64,000 nucleotides of DNA. It comes from an uncultured Bacilli bacterium. GTDB lineage: Bacteria > Bacillota_I > Bacilli_A > RF39 > UBA660. A model generated the notes under the pieces. That model made no database searches. It was not told the origin of the DNA and worked only from the letters and a program-made list of their open reading frames with translations. A program made the position numbers and the translations under genes. The stretch covers positions 7,695 through 71,694 of the forward strand of contig CAKOSO010000001.1 of the NCBI GenBank assembly GCA_934102355.1, given 5' to 3'. How positions within the stretch are numbered: position 1 is the stretch's first letter; every line of letters starts with the position of its first letter. Positions 1 through 8,047 of the stretch are shown piece by piece.

Positions 1-2
1 TT

Positions 3-206
3 GAAGATGAAACTCCTACAGAACCAGGTACTCCAACGACTCCTGATACACCAACAACCCCAACGACACCTACAACGCCAAGTAATAATCAGTCTTCTAA
101 TCCATCAACAGGTATAAGTAATATTTTATTATTTATTGTTCCATTTGTTATTGTTATTGGAATTATCTTAACAATTAAAAAGAATAAATATGAATATAAA
201 GATTAA
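3..206 (+). CDS. C-terminal fragment of a cell-wall-anchored surface protein. It has a Pro/Thr-rich stalk, an NPSTG sorting motif, a hydrophobic segment and a KKNKYEYKD tail. The 5' end is truncated by the window.
   Basis: Frame 3 translates to ...TPTTPTTPSNNQSSNPSTGISNILLFIVPFVIVIGIILTIKKNKYEYKD*. This is a classic tripartite sorting signal. The stop codon is at 204-206. Confidence 0.6.
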   Translation, partial: EDETPTEPGTPTTPDTPTTPTTPTTPSNNQSSNPSTGISNILLFIVPFVIVIGIILTIKKNKYEYKD

Positions 207-211
207 TTAAA

Positions 212-242
212 AGACCTTATGAATTTCATAAGATCTTTTTTT
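212..242. terminator. Bidirectional rho-independent terminator shared by the two convergent genes
   Basis: The arms agaccttatgaa and ttcataagatct form a stem (one mismatch), followed by a T7 run. Confidence 0.6.
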
Positions 243-247
243 ATTTA

Positions 248-1051
248 TCATTGTATTAATTTTGCATGAACTACTAATCTGTTCTCTGAATTAATATAAC
301 ATGTTGACAAAGTTAATATATTATCAGTTGCATTCACTTCTACATTAAAGTCTTTAATACTTCTATCTTTTATCATCTTTATAAAATTAGTATAATCTGT
401 ATCATCATTAAAGTTAACTCTTAAGTAATCATCAGTTATTGGTAAACTATAAATACTAAACACTTGCCATTTCATATTTTTATATATTGTATTAAATGTT
501 ATTGTATAATTATCAGGATTGTTTAGCCATTCTTGTGTTACAACGTTTTTTAATGTTCCAAACATAATTCCATCTGTATTTCTCATTGAATGTCCATAAA
601 TTATTGTATTTTTACTTAATGGATCAAATTTATTTCTATAATCTGCAAAAATCCAACCAACATAACTATATTCTTTACGGAAATTTTTAGTTAAGTAATA
701 ATTATTAGTGGAAGCTTTAACAACTGGTAAGTCAATCTTTGTATTATTAACTTTTAACCATCCAACTGTATCACTATTTATTTTTAATAATTCATCAAAT
801 GATTTATTGTTATAAGTTTCATATCGTACTGTTGTATCCTCATTATTATTTTCCGTTGGATCCTGCATCTCTGTATTATCTCTGCTTATATTATATAAAT
901 TTGCTAAATCATCTATCATAATACTTGATCTATCGTAATCTTCCTTATTATCTAGTACTATTTTTAAGCCAAATCCTCCACCAACTAAAAGAGATATAGA
1001 TATAATATTAATTAATATAATAACAAATTTCTTATTTTTCTTTTTTGGCAA
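248..1051 (-). CDS. srtB: Class B sortase (SrtB-like cysteine transpeptidase)
   Basis: N-terminal basic segment followed by a TM signal anchor. Motifs: active-site His (IIYGHSM), active-site Cys (ILTLSTCY) and a conserved Arg (NRLVVHAKL). The ~260 aa length is typical of class B. The start codon is uncertain (see findings). Confidence 0.8.
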   Translation of the reverse strand: MPKKKNKKFVIILINIISISLLVGGGFGLKIVLDNKEDYDRSSIMIDDLANLYNISRDNTEMQDPTENNNEDTTVRYETYNNKSFDELLKINSDTVGWLKVNNTKIDLPVVKASTNNYYLTKNFRKEYSYVGWIFADYRNKFDPLSKNTIIYGHSMRNTDGIMFGTLKNVVTQEWLNNPDNYTITFNTIYKNMKWQVFSIYSLPITDDYLRVNFNDDTDYTNFIKMIKDRSIKDFNVEVNATDNILTLSTCYINSENRLVVHAKLIQ

Positions 1052-1250
1052 CTTATTAAATTCGTTATTTGAATCAACGTATTTAAATATATCGTCAAAA
1101 GAATCATTATTTTTAATATTATCAACCTCCTTATTCTATATTGATTATATAACACGTTTTGAAAAATGTAAAATGTAATTTATATTTCTTTTTTATAGTT
1201 TTACCCAAATGCATATGATATAATGTAGATAAATAAAAAAAGGTGAATAT

Positions 1251-1904
1251 ATGAATGATGATTATACTAGATTTCAAACATACTTTAAAGATAAAAAAGA
1301 TTTAATTAAATGGTTTAATGTTGCCAAGCCAATTTTAAATAGTGAAGAATTTAAAATAAGAAAACTCTTTAAACATCATGAGCAACATTCTGTCTATGAT
1401 CACAGTGTCTTGGTATCAATTAAGTCTTTTTTGCTTGCCAAAAAGTTTAACGCTAACATTTATGAATGTACAGTAGCTGGACTTTTGCATGACTTTTATA
1501 CTCGTGCATGGCAGTATAGTAATGAACTTGAGTTGCTGGATGAAAAATATAGAACAAAATTTATTAGTAAAGAAAAAATTCCTTTTTTTAAAAAACATGC
1601 TTTTTCTCATCCGTATGTTGCTGCATCAAATGCTATTTCTTATTACCCTGATTATGTTAATGATAAGATAATTAGAGCAATCGAAACCCACATGTTTCCC
1701 TTATCTATTTTTACAAAACATAAAATACCCAAAGGAAAAGTTGGGTGGATCATCACTTTAAGTGATAAACTCGTCACTCTTAAAGATTTACCAAATTTAA
1801 AAAATATACCTAAATATTTAGGATATAGAAAAGGAAGTATAAGATTTGGACTTTATTTACATACTTTACATAGTATTTTTTCTTCATTCATTGATAAACT
1901 ATAA
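1251..1904 (+). CDS. HD-domain metal-dependent phosphohydrolase
   Basis: HD signature H...HD (YDHSVLVS ... GLLHDFY) plus downstream His/Asp residues. The RBS is AAAGGTGAA, 5 nt before the ATG. Confidence 0.65.
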   Translation: MNDDYTRFQTYFKDKKDLIKWFNVAKPILNSEEFKIRKLFKHHEQHSVYDHSVLVSIKSFLLAKKFNANIYECTVAGLLHDFYTRAWQYSNELELLDEKYRTKFISKEKIPFFKKHAFSHPYVAASNAISYYPDYVNDKIIRAIETHMFPLSIFTKHKIPKGKVGWIITLSDKLVTLKDLPNLKNIPKYLGYRKGSIRFGLYLHTLHSIFSSFIDKL

Positions 1905-1951
1905 ATTGTAAACTAAACTTATAGTGTATAGTAAAGATGGAAGGTGAAACT

Positions 1952-3196
1952 ATGGATAAAGATTTATTTTCAAATGATATAAAAGAAATAAATAAACTTT
2001 TAGTTGAAGATAATAAAATTGATATAGTTTTAATTTCTAATTTTACTAATGATATAAAAGATAATTTAATTAGTGATTTATCTAAAAAATTTAACGATAG
2101 CAAACTAATTGATGTCACTGATAAAACATTTAAAACAGAATTGGTTGAAATAGCAAAAAATGTAAATACTTATTATTTTGACTCATTAAAAAAACTAAAT
2201 GATTCTTTAAACGAATTAATTGGTTTTGTTGTGCTAAATCCACTAATTGATATAAATGTTTTATGTACTATAGATAAATCCTTTAGACAAAGACAACAAC
2301 AAATAAAAGAATATAATAAATTAGAATCATTAATCAGTAATTCTTATCAACTATTGCTATACAATATATCAGTTGCATATAAATTAAAATATGATGTAGA
2401 AAACTATGAATATTTAAAGAAATATGTAGAAAGATCTAGAAAGATATTTTCTAATACTATTAACACATTTATAAGAAATAAAATAAATAAAAACTACAAT
2501 CATTTTAAAGACAGATATACTATCTTTATAAAAGATATGATTGCAAAAAATAAAGAAGCAAAAACTAAAAACACATTAATGGTTAAAGAATATGCTTTCA
2601 GTATACTAAATCTTAGTTCATCATTAACCATAGATTTTTATACAAAGGAAAGTTATAGCTTATTAGAAAAACAATTAAATAAAGCACATAATGAAATCTT
2701 AAAAAAATTAAAATTAAAAGAAAAAGATACTTTATTTGATGCATATGATGATTTAAAAGAATATATACTAAAGTTTAATAACGGACTTTATGGACATGTA
2801 TTAAATGCAGTTAGTAATATGAATAAAGTAGTATTCTTAAGCAAAAATGAAACAACTTCTGAAATTAAAAAATATAGTGTTTTATTAAATAAAGTATCAA
2901 CTTTAGATTATAATTTTGATAAACAATATGAAAAATATAAGAAAGCAGTTTTAAGACATATTATAATAAATAAAGATAAAGCTTATGAAACAATTAGTTC
3001 TATAATAAATAGTTATAAAGATATAGTTAAAGAAATAATTGAAAATAATTTAATTTCAACTTTTAATGATTCACTATTATCTCTTAATAATATAAATTAT
3101 AAATGTATAACTATTATCGATAAATTAGATAGTTGCTTAGAAATTGTAGATAAAAAAACTATTGAAAAATTATTTAAAGAAAATGATAACCACTAG
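1952..3196 (+). CDS. Hypothetical cytoplasmic Lys/Asn-rich protein (no recognisable domain)
   Basis: 414-aa ORF. The RBS GGAAGGTGA sits 4 nt before the ATG at 1952; the tracked ORF start at 1937 has no SD. No TM or signal peptide. Protein-like codon usage. Confidence 0.5.
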   Translation: MDKDLFSNDIKEINKLLVEDNKIDIVLISNFTNDIKDNLISDLSKKFNDSKLIDVTDKTFKTELVEIAKNVNTYYFDSLKKLNDSLNELIGFVVLNPLIDINVLCTIDKSFRQRQQQIKEYNKLESLISNSYQLLLYNISVAYKLKYDVENYEYLKKYVERSRKIFSNTINTFIRNKINKNYNHFKDRYTIFIKDMIAKNKEAKTKNTLMVKEYAFSILNLSSSLTIDFYTKESYSLLEKQLNKAHNEILKKLKLKEKDTLFDAYDDLKEYILKFNNGLYGHVLNAVSNMNKVVFLSKNETTSEIKKYSVLLNKVSTLDYNFDKQYEKYKKAVLRHIIINKDKAYETISSIINSYKDIVKEIIENNLISTFNDSLLSLNNINYKCITIIDKLDSCLEIVDKKTIEKLFKENDNH

Positions 3197-3211
3197 AAAT
3201 AGTGGTTATTT

Positions 3212-3505
3212 TTAATAGTATGGATATGGATAAGGATAAGGGCGAGGATTGAAGTTATAATACATTGGTCTTGGTCTTAATACTAATGGTGCAGTTGCAA
3301 ATCCTAATGCAAAAGGCAATATAAACCCTCCTGGACCTATTCTTTCATTTCCTCTTTGGTATGGCAATTGATAGCTATATGGACTTTGAAAATATTGTCC
3401 ACTATTACAAGAACACGAATTCATTCTTCCATAATTATAATTATATGAGTAATTATCGTTATTTAAAGAACATGAACATCTTCCATTTGAACATTGATTA
3501 TTCAT
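3212..3505 (-). CDS. Small Tyr/Pro/Cys/Asn-rich protein. It is a candidate spore coat or crust-like structural protein.
   Basis: 97 aa. Motifs: N-terminal NGRCSCS / NSCSCNSG, NYSYNYNY, and C-terminal PRPYPYPYPYY. The RBS AAAGGAGAA precedes the ATG. A sigmaK-like motif lies upstream. Confidence 0.45.
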   Translation of the reverse strand: MNNQCSNGRCSCSLNNDNYSYNYNYGRMNSCSCNSGQYFQSPYSYQLPYQRGNERIGPGGFILPFALGFATAPLVLRPRPMYYNFNPRPYPYPYPYY

Positions 3506-3525
3506 AGAAATTCTCCTTTCTAAAA

Positions 3526-3552
3526 TATAGTATGTTATTATTTTTTATTTGT
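3526..3552 (-). promoter_or_regulatory. Putative sigmaK-type (late mother-cell) promoter: AC-N16-CATACTATA
   Basis: The minus strand reads ...aACaaataaaaaataataaCATActaTA.... This matches the sigmaK consensus AC-16/17-CATA---TA directly upstream of the Tyr-rich ORF. The implied leader is very short. Confidence 0.3.
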
Positions 3553-3573
3553 TATATTTTTTAGAAAAAAGGG

Positions 3574-3602
3574 TTGATAATATGTATCATAAATATTATA
3601 AT
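3574..3602 (+). promoter_or_regulatory. Consensus sigmaA promoter TTGATA-N17-TATAAT
   Basis: TTGATA at 3574-3579, a 17-nt spacer, TATAAT at 3597-3602. It reads into the three-gene secreted module. Confidence 0.55.
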
Positions 3603-3701
3603 AAACCTGTAAAGCAAAGTAGTAGAATAGTAGATTTATAGATATGTTAATGTTAAAAATTTACTATTCTTTTTTTAAAAATATTTAATGGGTGATATTA
3701 T

Positions 3702-4214
3702 ATGAAACTAAAAATAAAAAATTTTTTGATCGGTGGTTTATTAACAACAAGTGTTGCAGCTTCAGTAACTGGAGTTATTATTTTATTAAATCAGAATTCA
3801 TTAAAACCAGACTATGCAGTTGATCAAGTTGATTCGCATTTACAAGAAGATAAGGACAATAGTGAAAAGCTAACTTCTGCAAAAGGTGGAGGAGCAGTTG
3901 AACTTTCTTATTCTACTGATATTAAAGTTATAAATGCTGAAAAAGTCGTTAGTTTAAGTTTTAAAAATCCATCTAAATCAAACCAAGATATGTCAGTAAA
4001 AATTGCCGTTATCAAGAACAATAAAGAATATATAATTGCAGAGTCAAATCGTATACCTGCTGGATATATACTAAAAGAACTAGATTTAAAATCAGATGTT
4101 AAGTTAGAATCTGGTAGATATGATGGAGTTATACATGTCTATTATTTTAATCCTGAAACATTAGAAAGAGCCATTATAAATACTAATATATCTGCAAATA
4201 TAGTTGTTGAATAG
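3702..4214 (+). CDS. Membrane-anchored (N-terminal TM) exported protein, paralog A of a two-member family
   Basis: RBS GGGTGAT. N-terminal hydrophobic anchor. The C-terminal region aligns with the 4934 ORF: IIAESNRIPAGYILKELDLK versus IIAESGLIKPGYYIEKIKLK. Confidence 0.6.
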   Translation: MKLKIKNFLIGGLLTTSVAASVTGVIILLNQNSLKPDYAVDQVDSHLQEDKDNSEKLTSAKGGGAVELSYSTDIKVINAEKVVSLSFKNPSKSNQDMSVKIAVIKNNKEYIIAESNRIPAGYILKELDLKSDVKLESGRYDGVIHVYYFNPETLERAIINTNISANIVVE

Positions 4215-4264
4215 GTATTAACCTAATGGTTGATATAGATTTTTATTTAAAGGAGGTGAAATAA

Positions 4265-4876
4265 ATGAAAAAAAGATTCTTTTTTGCTATGGCTTTAGTA
4301 CTTTCTTTAATGATTATTCCAGTTGTTAAGGCTGAAAAAATAGTACCAGCTGATGAAAAAGGTCAATACGAAGCTAACGGGAAGTCTACTATGACTAGTG
4401 CAGCATCAACAGCAACAATTACTCCAAAAGTTGGAACAATTGATGAAGGAAATACTTATAATGTTAAACTAGAATGGGGATCTATGACATATAACTATGT
4501 TAAACAAAGTGACGATACTTATAAATGGGTTCCTACAAAAGATGAAGTTATAAATGGAAAAACTAGTGATCAACAATATGTAGTAGATGAAGTTGACTCT
4601 AACTACATAAATGTGACAAATGATAGTAGCAAATCAGTAAATGTTGAATTAAGTTGGAGCTCACTAATAAATGGTGTTGAAGCTAATTATTCTGCTGTTG
4701 ACCGTTCAAATAATCCAGTTTCTATATCTGGTAAAGCTGATAGTAATACTAAAATGTATACTCTTGCAGCAAACGGATACATCAGAGCATCAATTGAATT
4801 AACTGGTGGTGATATAGCTGATGTTACAGCAGGATCAAGTATTGGTACTTTAACAGTTTCATTTGTAACTGCTTAA
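4265..4876 (+). CDS. Secreted Ser/Thr-rich beta-type protein with a cleavable signal peptide
   Basis: Strong RBS AAAGGAGGTGAA. Signal peptide MKKRFFFAMALVLSLMIIPVVKA. No anchor. It is followed by a hairpin and T-run. Confidence 0.65.
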   Translation: MKKRFFFAMALVLSLMIIPVVKAEKIVPADEKGQYEANGKSTMTSAASTATITPKVGTIDEGNTYNVKLEWGSMTYNYVKQSDDTYKWVPTKDEVINGKTSDQQYVVDEVDSNYINVTNDSSKSVNVELSWSSLINGVEANYSAVDRSNNPVSISGKADSNTKMYTLAANGYIRASIELTGGDIADVTAGSSIGTLTVSFVTA

Positions 4877-4886
4877 TATATTTAAA

Positions 4887-4923
4887 ATAATCTGAAAAAA
4901 CGCGTGCTTCAGATTATTTTTTG
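4887..4923 (+). terminator. Intra-operon rho-independent terminator/attenuator after the secreted-protein gene
   Basis: 10-bp stem ataatctgaa/ttcagattat with an 11-nt loop, followed by ttttttt. The next gene's RBS begins immediately after. Confidence 0.55.
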
Positions 4924-4933
4924 GAGGTGTAAA

Positions 4934-5407
4934 ATGTTTAAAAAATTTAAAGCATTATTCATTATTCTAATTATATGTTTATTATCATTATTATGTACTA
5001 CTATTTGGTATTTTAGTACAGATTTTAAAAAACCTGATTTTGATAACTCAGCAACAAAAGGTATTCCATTTGTTAGAGAAACATATAAGTATGATAGTTT
5101 AAATGTATATGATGGTTTTAATATAAAAATTGCTACTAATTTAATAGCAAAAGAAAATTATGCTTTTATTTATTTTACATCACCAAAAGATAATACTGTA
5201 AATTTAAAATTTAGAATTTATGACTCAAGTGATAAAATAATTGCAGAATCTGGTTTGATTAAACCTGGATATTATATAGAAAAAATAAAATTAAAACGGT
5301 ATGTTTCAAGTAGCGAAAATGTAAAAATTAAAGTTATGAGTTACGAGAAAGATACTTATTATAGCGCTGGTGCTGTTAACTTAAATGTTACCATAACTGC
5401 CGATTAG
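4934..5407 (+). CDS. Membrane-anchored exported protein, paralog B
   Basis: The RBS GGAGGTG sits 4 nt before the ATG at 4934; the tracked 4904 start lies inside the terminator. It has an N-terminal TM and is paralogous to the 3702 ORF. Confidence 0.6.
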   Translation: MFKKFKALFIILIICLLSLLCTTIWYFSTDFKKPDFDNSATKGIPFVRETYKYDSLNVYDGFNIKIATNLIAKENYAFIYFTSPKDNTVNLKFRIYDSSDKIIAESGLIKPGYYIEKIKLKRYVSSSENVKIKVMSYEKDTYYSAGAVNLNVTITAD

Positions 5408-5408
5408 A

Positions 5409-5440
5409 CAATAACAAAATGTTATTGTTTTCTTTTTCTT
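5409..5440 (+). terminator. Terminator-like hairpin after the module
   Basis: Stem caataac-aaaa-gttattg followed by a T-rich tract. Confidence 0.4.
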
Positions 5441-5476
5441 TTTTTACCATCATGTTATAATTAACTTGGTGATATT

Positions 5477-7225
5477 ATGAGCTTGATAAAAGTAATGAGT
5501 GAAAACTTATCAAATAAAATAGCTGCTGGAGAAGTAATTGAGTCATTAATGAATGTTGTAAAAGAATTAGTAGAAAACTCAATTGATGCTAAAGCCACTA
5601 CTATTAAAGTAGAATTAAAAGAAGCAGGACTTAAATCTATAAGAGTCACTGATGATGGTATTGGTATGGATCATGATGATGCACTAAAATGTTTTTATCG
5701 TCATGCAACCAGTAAACTCTATAACGATGATGACTTATTTAATATAAAAACTCTAGGTTTTAGGGGAGAAGCAATTCCATCTATAGCATCAGTATCAAAA
5801 ATGACTGTTAAAACATCAGATGGCACATCTGGCACAGAAATAGTAAATTATGGAGGAGATATCATCAGCGTAGATGATAGTGACTTAAGAGTTGGTACTA
5901 TTATTACTGTAGAAGATATTTTTTATAACACTCCTGCTAGGTTAAAGTATTTAAAAAGTTCTTATACTGAACTTGCTAATATTACTAATTACTTAAATAA
6001 AATGGCTCTTTCAAATCCGGATATCAAATTCATCTTAAAAAATGATGATAAAGAAATACTAAATACTTTTGGTAATGGTAATCTTCTTAAAGTAATTAAC
6101 TGCATTTATGGATTAGAAGTTACTAAAAAGATGGCTTATATTAAAACATCAAATAATGATTATGATGTCGATGGATATATATCATATCCAGAAATTAATA
6201 GATCAAGCAAAAACTTTATTACTATTTTAGTAAATGGTAGATCAGTTAGAAGTAATGAAATAAACCGTTCTATACTTGATGCTTATCACACATATCTATT
6301 TCATGACAGATATCCTATTGTTATTTTAAATATAAAAGCTGATCCATCTATTATTGATGTAAATATTCATCCCTCTAAAATGGAAGTTAAATTTTCAAAA
6401 ATTAATGATTTAAAAGACTTAATATTTAACGAAATAAGTAAAGCATTAAAAAAACTTGTTTTAATACCTGAAGTTAAATACACTCCTAATCCTATTTCTA
6501 ATATAGATAGTGTATCAACTATCGATAATAAAAAAGATTTTACAATTGATGTAGTAAAACCTAGTTTCGAAGAAATTTCTTTTGACTTTGATGTTGCTGA
6601 AGAGCAGAATGTATATAATGAAGAACCAGAAGAAAAAAAAGAAAAATTCAAAAAAATTACTCCTCTTGCATTAATTCATGGAACATATATAATTGGTGAA
6701 AATGAAGAGGGTATGTATATTATTGATCAACATGCCGCTAATGAAAGAATTAATTATGAATATTATAAAAAAGAACTAGGAAAATCTAAACGTGAAGTTG
6801 TTGATTTACTAGTGCCATTAAAGCTTGAATTTTCTAAAGATGAATACATTATATTAAAAGAAAGATTTAATGAACTTGATAAACTTAATATAGGATATGA
6901 AGAATTTGGAATGAATACAATTATTGTTAGAAGTCATCCAAGTTTTATAAAAAAAGATTATGCCTTAGAATCACTTCGTAAGATTATTGAAATTATAATT
7001 AGTAACAACGATTTCTCGTTAGAAAAATTTAATGAAAAAATCGCTATCACTCTTGCTTGTAAGATGTCTATTAAAGCAAACCAACACATAACCATTGATG
7101 ATATGACAGTTTTACTTGAGAGATTAAGAGAAACAGATAATCCATTTACATGTCCTCATGGTAGACCAACTATCATTACTTATTCAATTTACGAACTTCA
7201 AAAAATGTTTAAAAGAGTTGAATAA
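5477..7225 (+). CDS. mutL: DNA mismatch repair protein MutL
   Basis: The N-terminal GHKL ATPase motifs are present (ELVENSIDA, DDGIGM, GFRGEA). The C-terminal endonuclease/dimerisation region carries FTCPHGRP. RBS GGTGAT. Confidence 0.9.
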   Translation: MSLIKVMSENLSNKIAAGEVIESLMNVVKELVENSIDAKATTIKVELKEAGLKSIRVTDDGIGMDHDDALKCFYRHATSKLYNDDDLFNIKTLGFRGEAIPSIASVSKMTVKTSDGTSGTEIVNYGGDIISVDDSDLRVGTIITVEDIFYNTPARLKYLKSSYTELANITNYLNKMALSNPDIKFILKNDDKEILNTFGNGNLLKVINCIYGLEVTKKMAYIKTSNNDYDVDGYISYPEINRSSKNFITILVNGRSVRSNEINRSILDAYHTYLFHDRYPIVILNIKADPSIIDVNIHPSKMEVKFSKINDLKDLIFNEISKALKKLVLIPEVKYTPNPISNIDSVSTIDNKKDFTIDVVKPSFEEISFDFDVAEEQNVYNEEPEEKKEKFKKITPLALIHGTYIIGENEEGMYIIDQHAANERINYEYYKKELGKSKREVVDLLVPLKLEFSKDEYIILKERFNELDKLNIGYEEFGMNTIIVRSHPSFIKKDYALESLRKIIEIIISNNDFSLEKFNEKIAITLACKMSIKANQHITIDDMTVLLERLRETDNPFTCPHGRPTIITYSIYELQKMFKRVE

Positions 7226-7254
7226 TTGCATTTTTTAATATTTTGTGGTATAAT
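7226..7254 (+). promoter_or_regulatory. sigmaA promoter TTGCAT-N17-(TG)gTATAAT with extended -10
   Basis: TTGCAT at 7226, a 17-nt spacer, TGGTATAAT. It lies immediately downstream of the mutL stop and upstream of the 7279 ORF. Confidence 0.5.
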
Positions 7255-7278
7255 CTTGTCAAATATGGGGGTTATATT

Positions 7279-8046
7279 ATGAGAAAAGGCGAAGTATTTA
7301 TTGGTGAAGGTAAATATGCTAAATGTTATGTTAAAGATGGAATAGTTAGAAAATACTATAAAGATGATGTTCCGGAAGATCAAAAAGATACAATAGGTAT
7401 TAAAAATGATACATTTATTTTTGCTACAATGATAGATTATGAGAAAAAGTATTCTGAAATGCCTTATATTCCTAACTGTAAACCATTCATTGTTCTTAGT
7501 GGCAATGATTATAAAAATGATTATGAACCTGTTGCGGATCCTAAAATAAATGAATTTATTGATGCACTACCAAAAGTCTATTCAGATATGGATGAACTTA
7601 GTGCAATCAGGGTAAGACCAGTAGATACATTAGGACATAACATACTATTTGGTGATGGAAAATTTAAGGTAGTTGATACCGATCAATATTATAAAGATGA
7701 ATTATTTTCACCATATGCTGGCGAAGACGGATCACTTCATTATCTAAATGAAAAACATACTTTAGAATTTATAAAAGAAGATAATATTATATGCCTAAAT
7801 TATGGATTATATGACTGTATATTTTATACTGAAAAGAAACATAAAATACCTATGGAAACTTTAGCTTTAAGAACTAATGAAGGGAAACTTAGAAAATTAT
7901 ACCATGAAATATTTTTTATGAATAATCCAGATAGAAGACTTTTTATTGAGTTTTTAAAAGAACTTAAGAAATTTTTTAATATTGAAAATGATAGAGCTAC
8001 TATAAATGATTTTAGAATAGCTTTATCTAGAAAGATGAATAGATAA
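7279..8046 (+). CDS. Hypothetical protein with an atypical protein-kinase-like N-lobe signature
   Basis: RBS GGGGGTTAT. A Gly-rich loop-like IGEGKYAKCY is followed by VRK (a VAIK-like lysine). A later HNILFGDG...VVDTD resembles a degenerate catalytic loop plus a DFG-like Asp. Confidence 0.45.
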   Translation: MRKGEVFIGEGKYAKCYVKDGIVRKYYKDDVPEDQKDTIGIKNDTFIFATMIDYEKKYSEMPYIPNCKPFIVLSGNDYKNDYEPVADPKINEFIDALPKVYSDMDELSAIRVRPVDTLGHNILFGDGKFKVVDTDQYYKDELFSPYAGEDGSLHYLNEKHTLEFIKEDNIICLNYGLYDCIFYTEKKHKIPMETLALRTNEGKLRKLYHEIFFMNNPDRRLFIEFLKELKKFFNIENDRATINDFRIALSRKMNR

Positions 8047-8047
8047 T

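Noticed and set aside
1090-1125. Out-of-frame ATG with a strong AAGGAGG upstream of the sortase, encoding a 32-aa peptide
   Set aside because: The SD-to-ATG spacing is about 18 nt, which is too long. The peptide has no features and is not in frame with the sortase. It is noted only as part of the sortase start-codon ambiguity.
1416-1671. Two short ORFs (64 and 60 aa) inside the HD-domain gene
   Set aside because: They are fully embedded in a well-supported CDS, have no RBS, and show AT-rich antisense or alternate-frame composition.
3226-3250. TGGATAAGG / TATGGATATGGATAAGG resemblance to DnaA boxes
   Set aside because: It lies inside the coding region for the YPYPYPY repeat. The similarity is a by-product of the Tyr-Pro codons.
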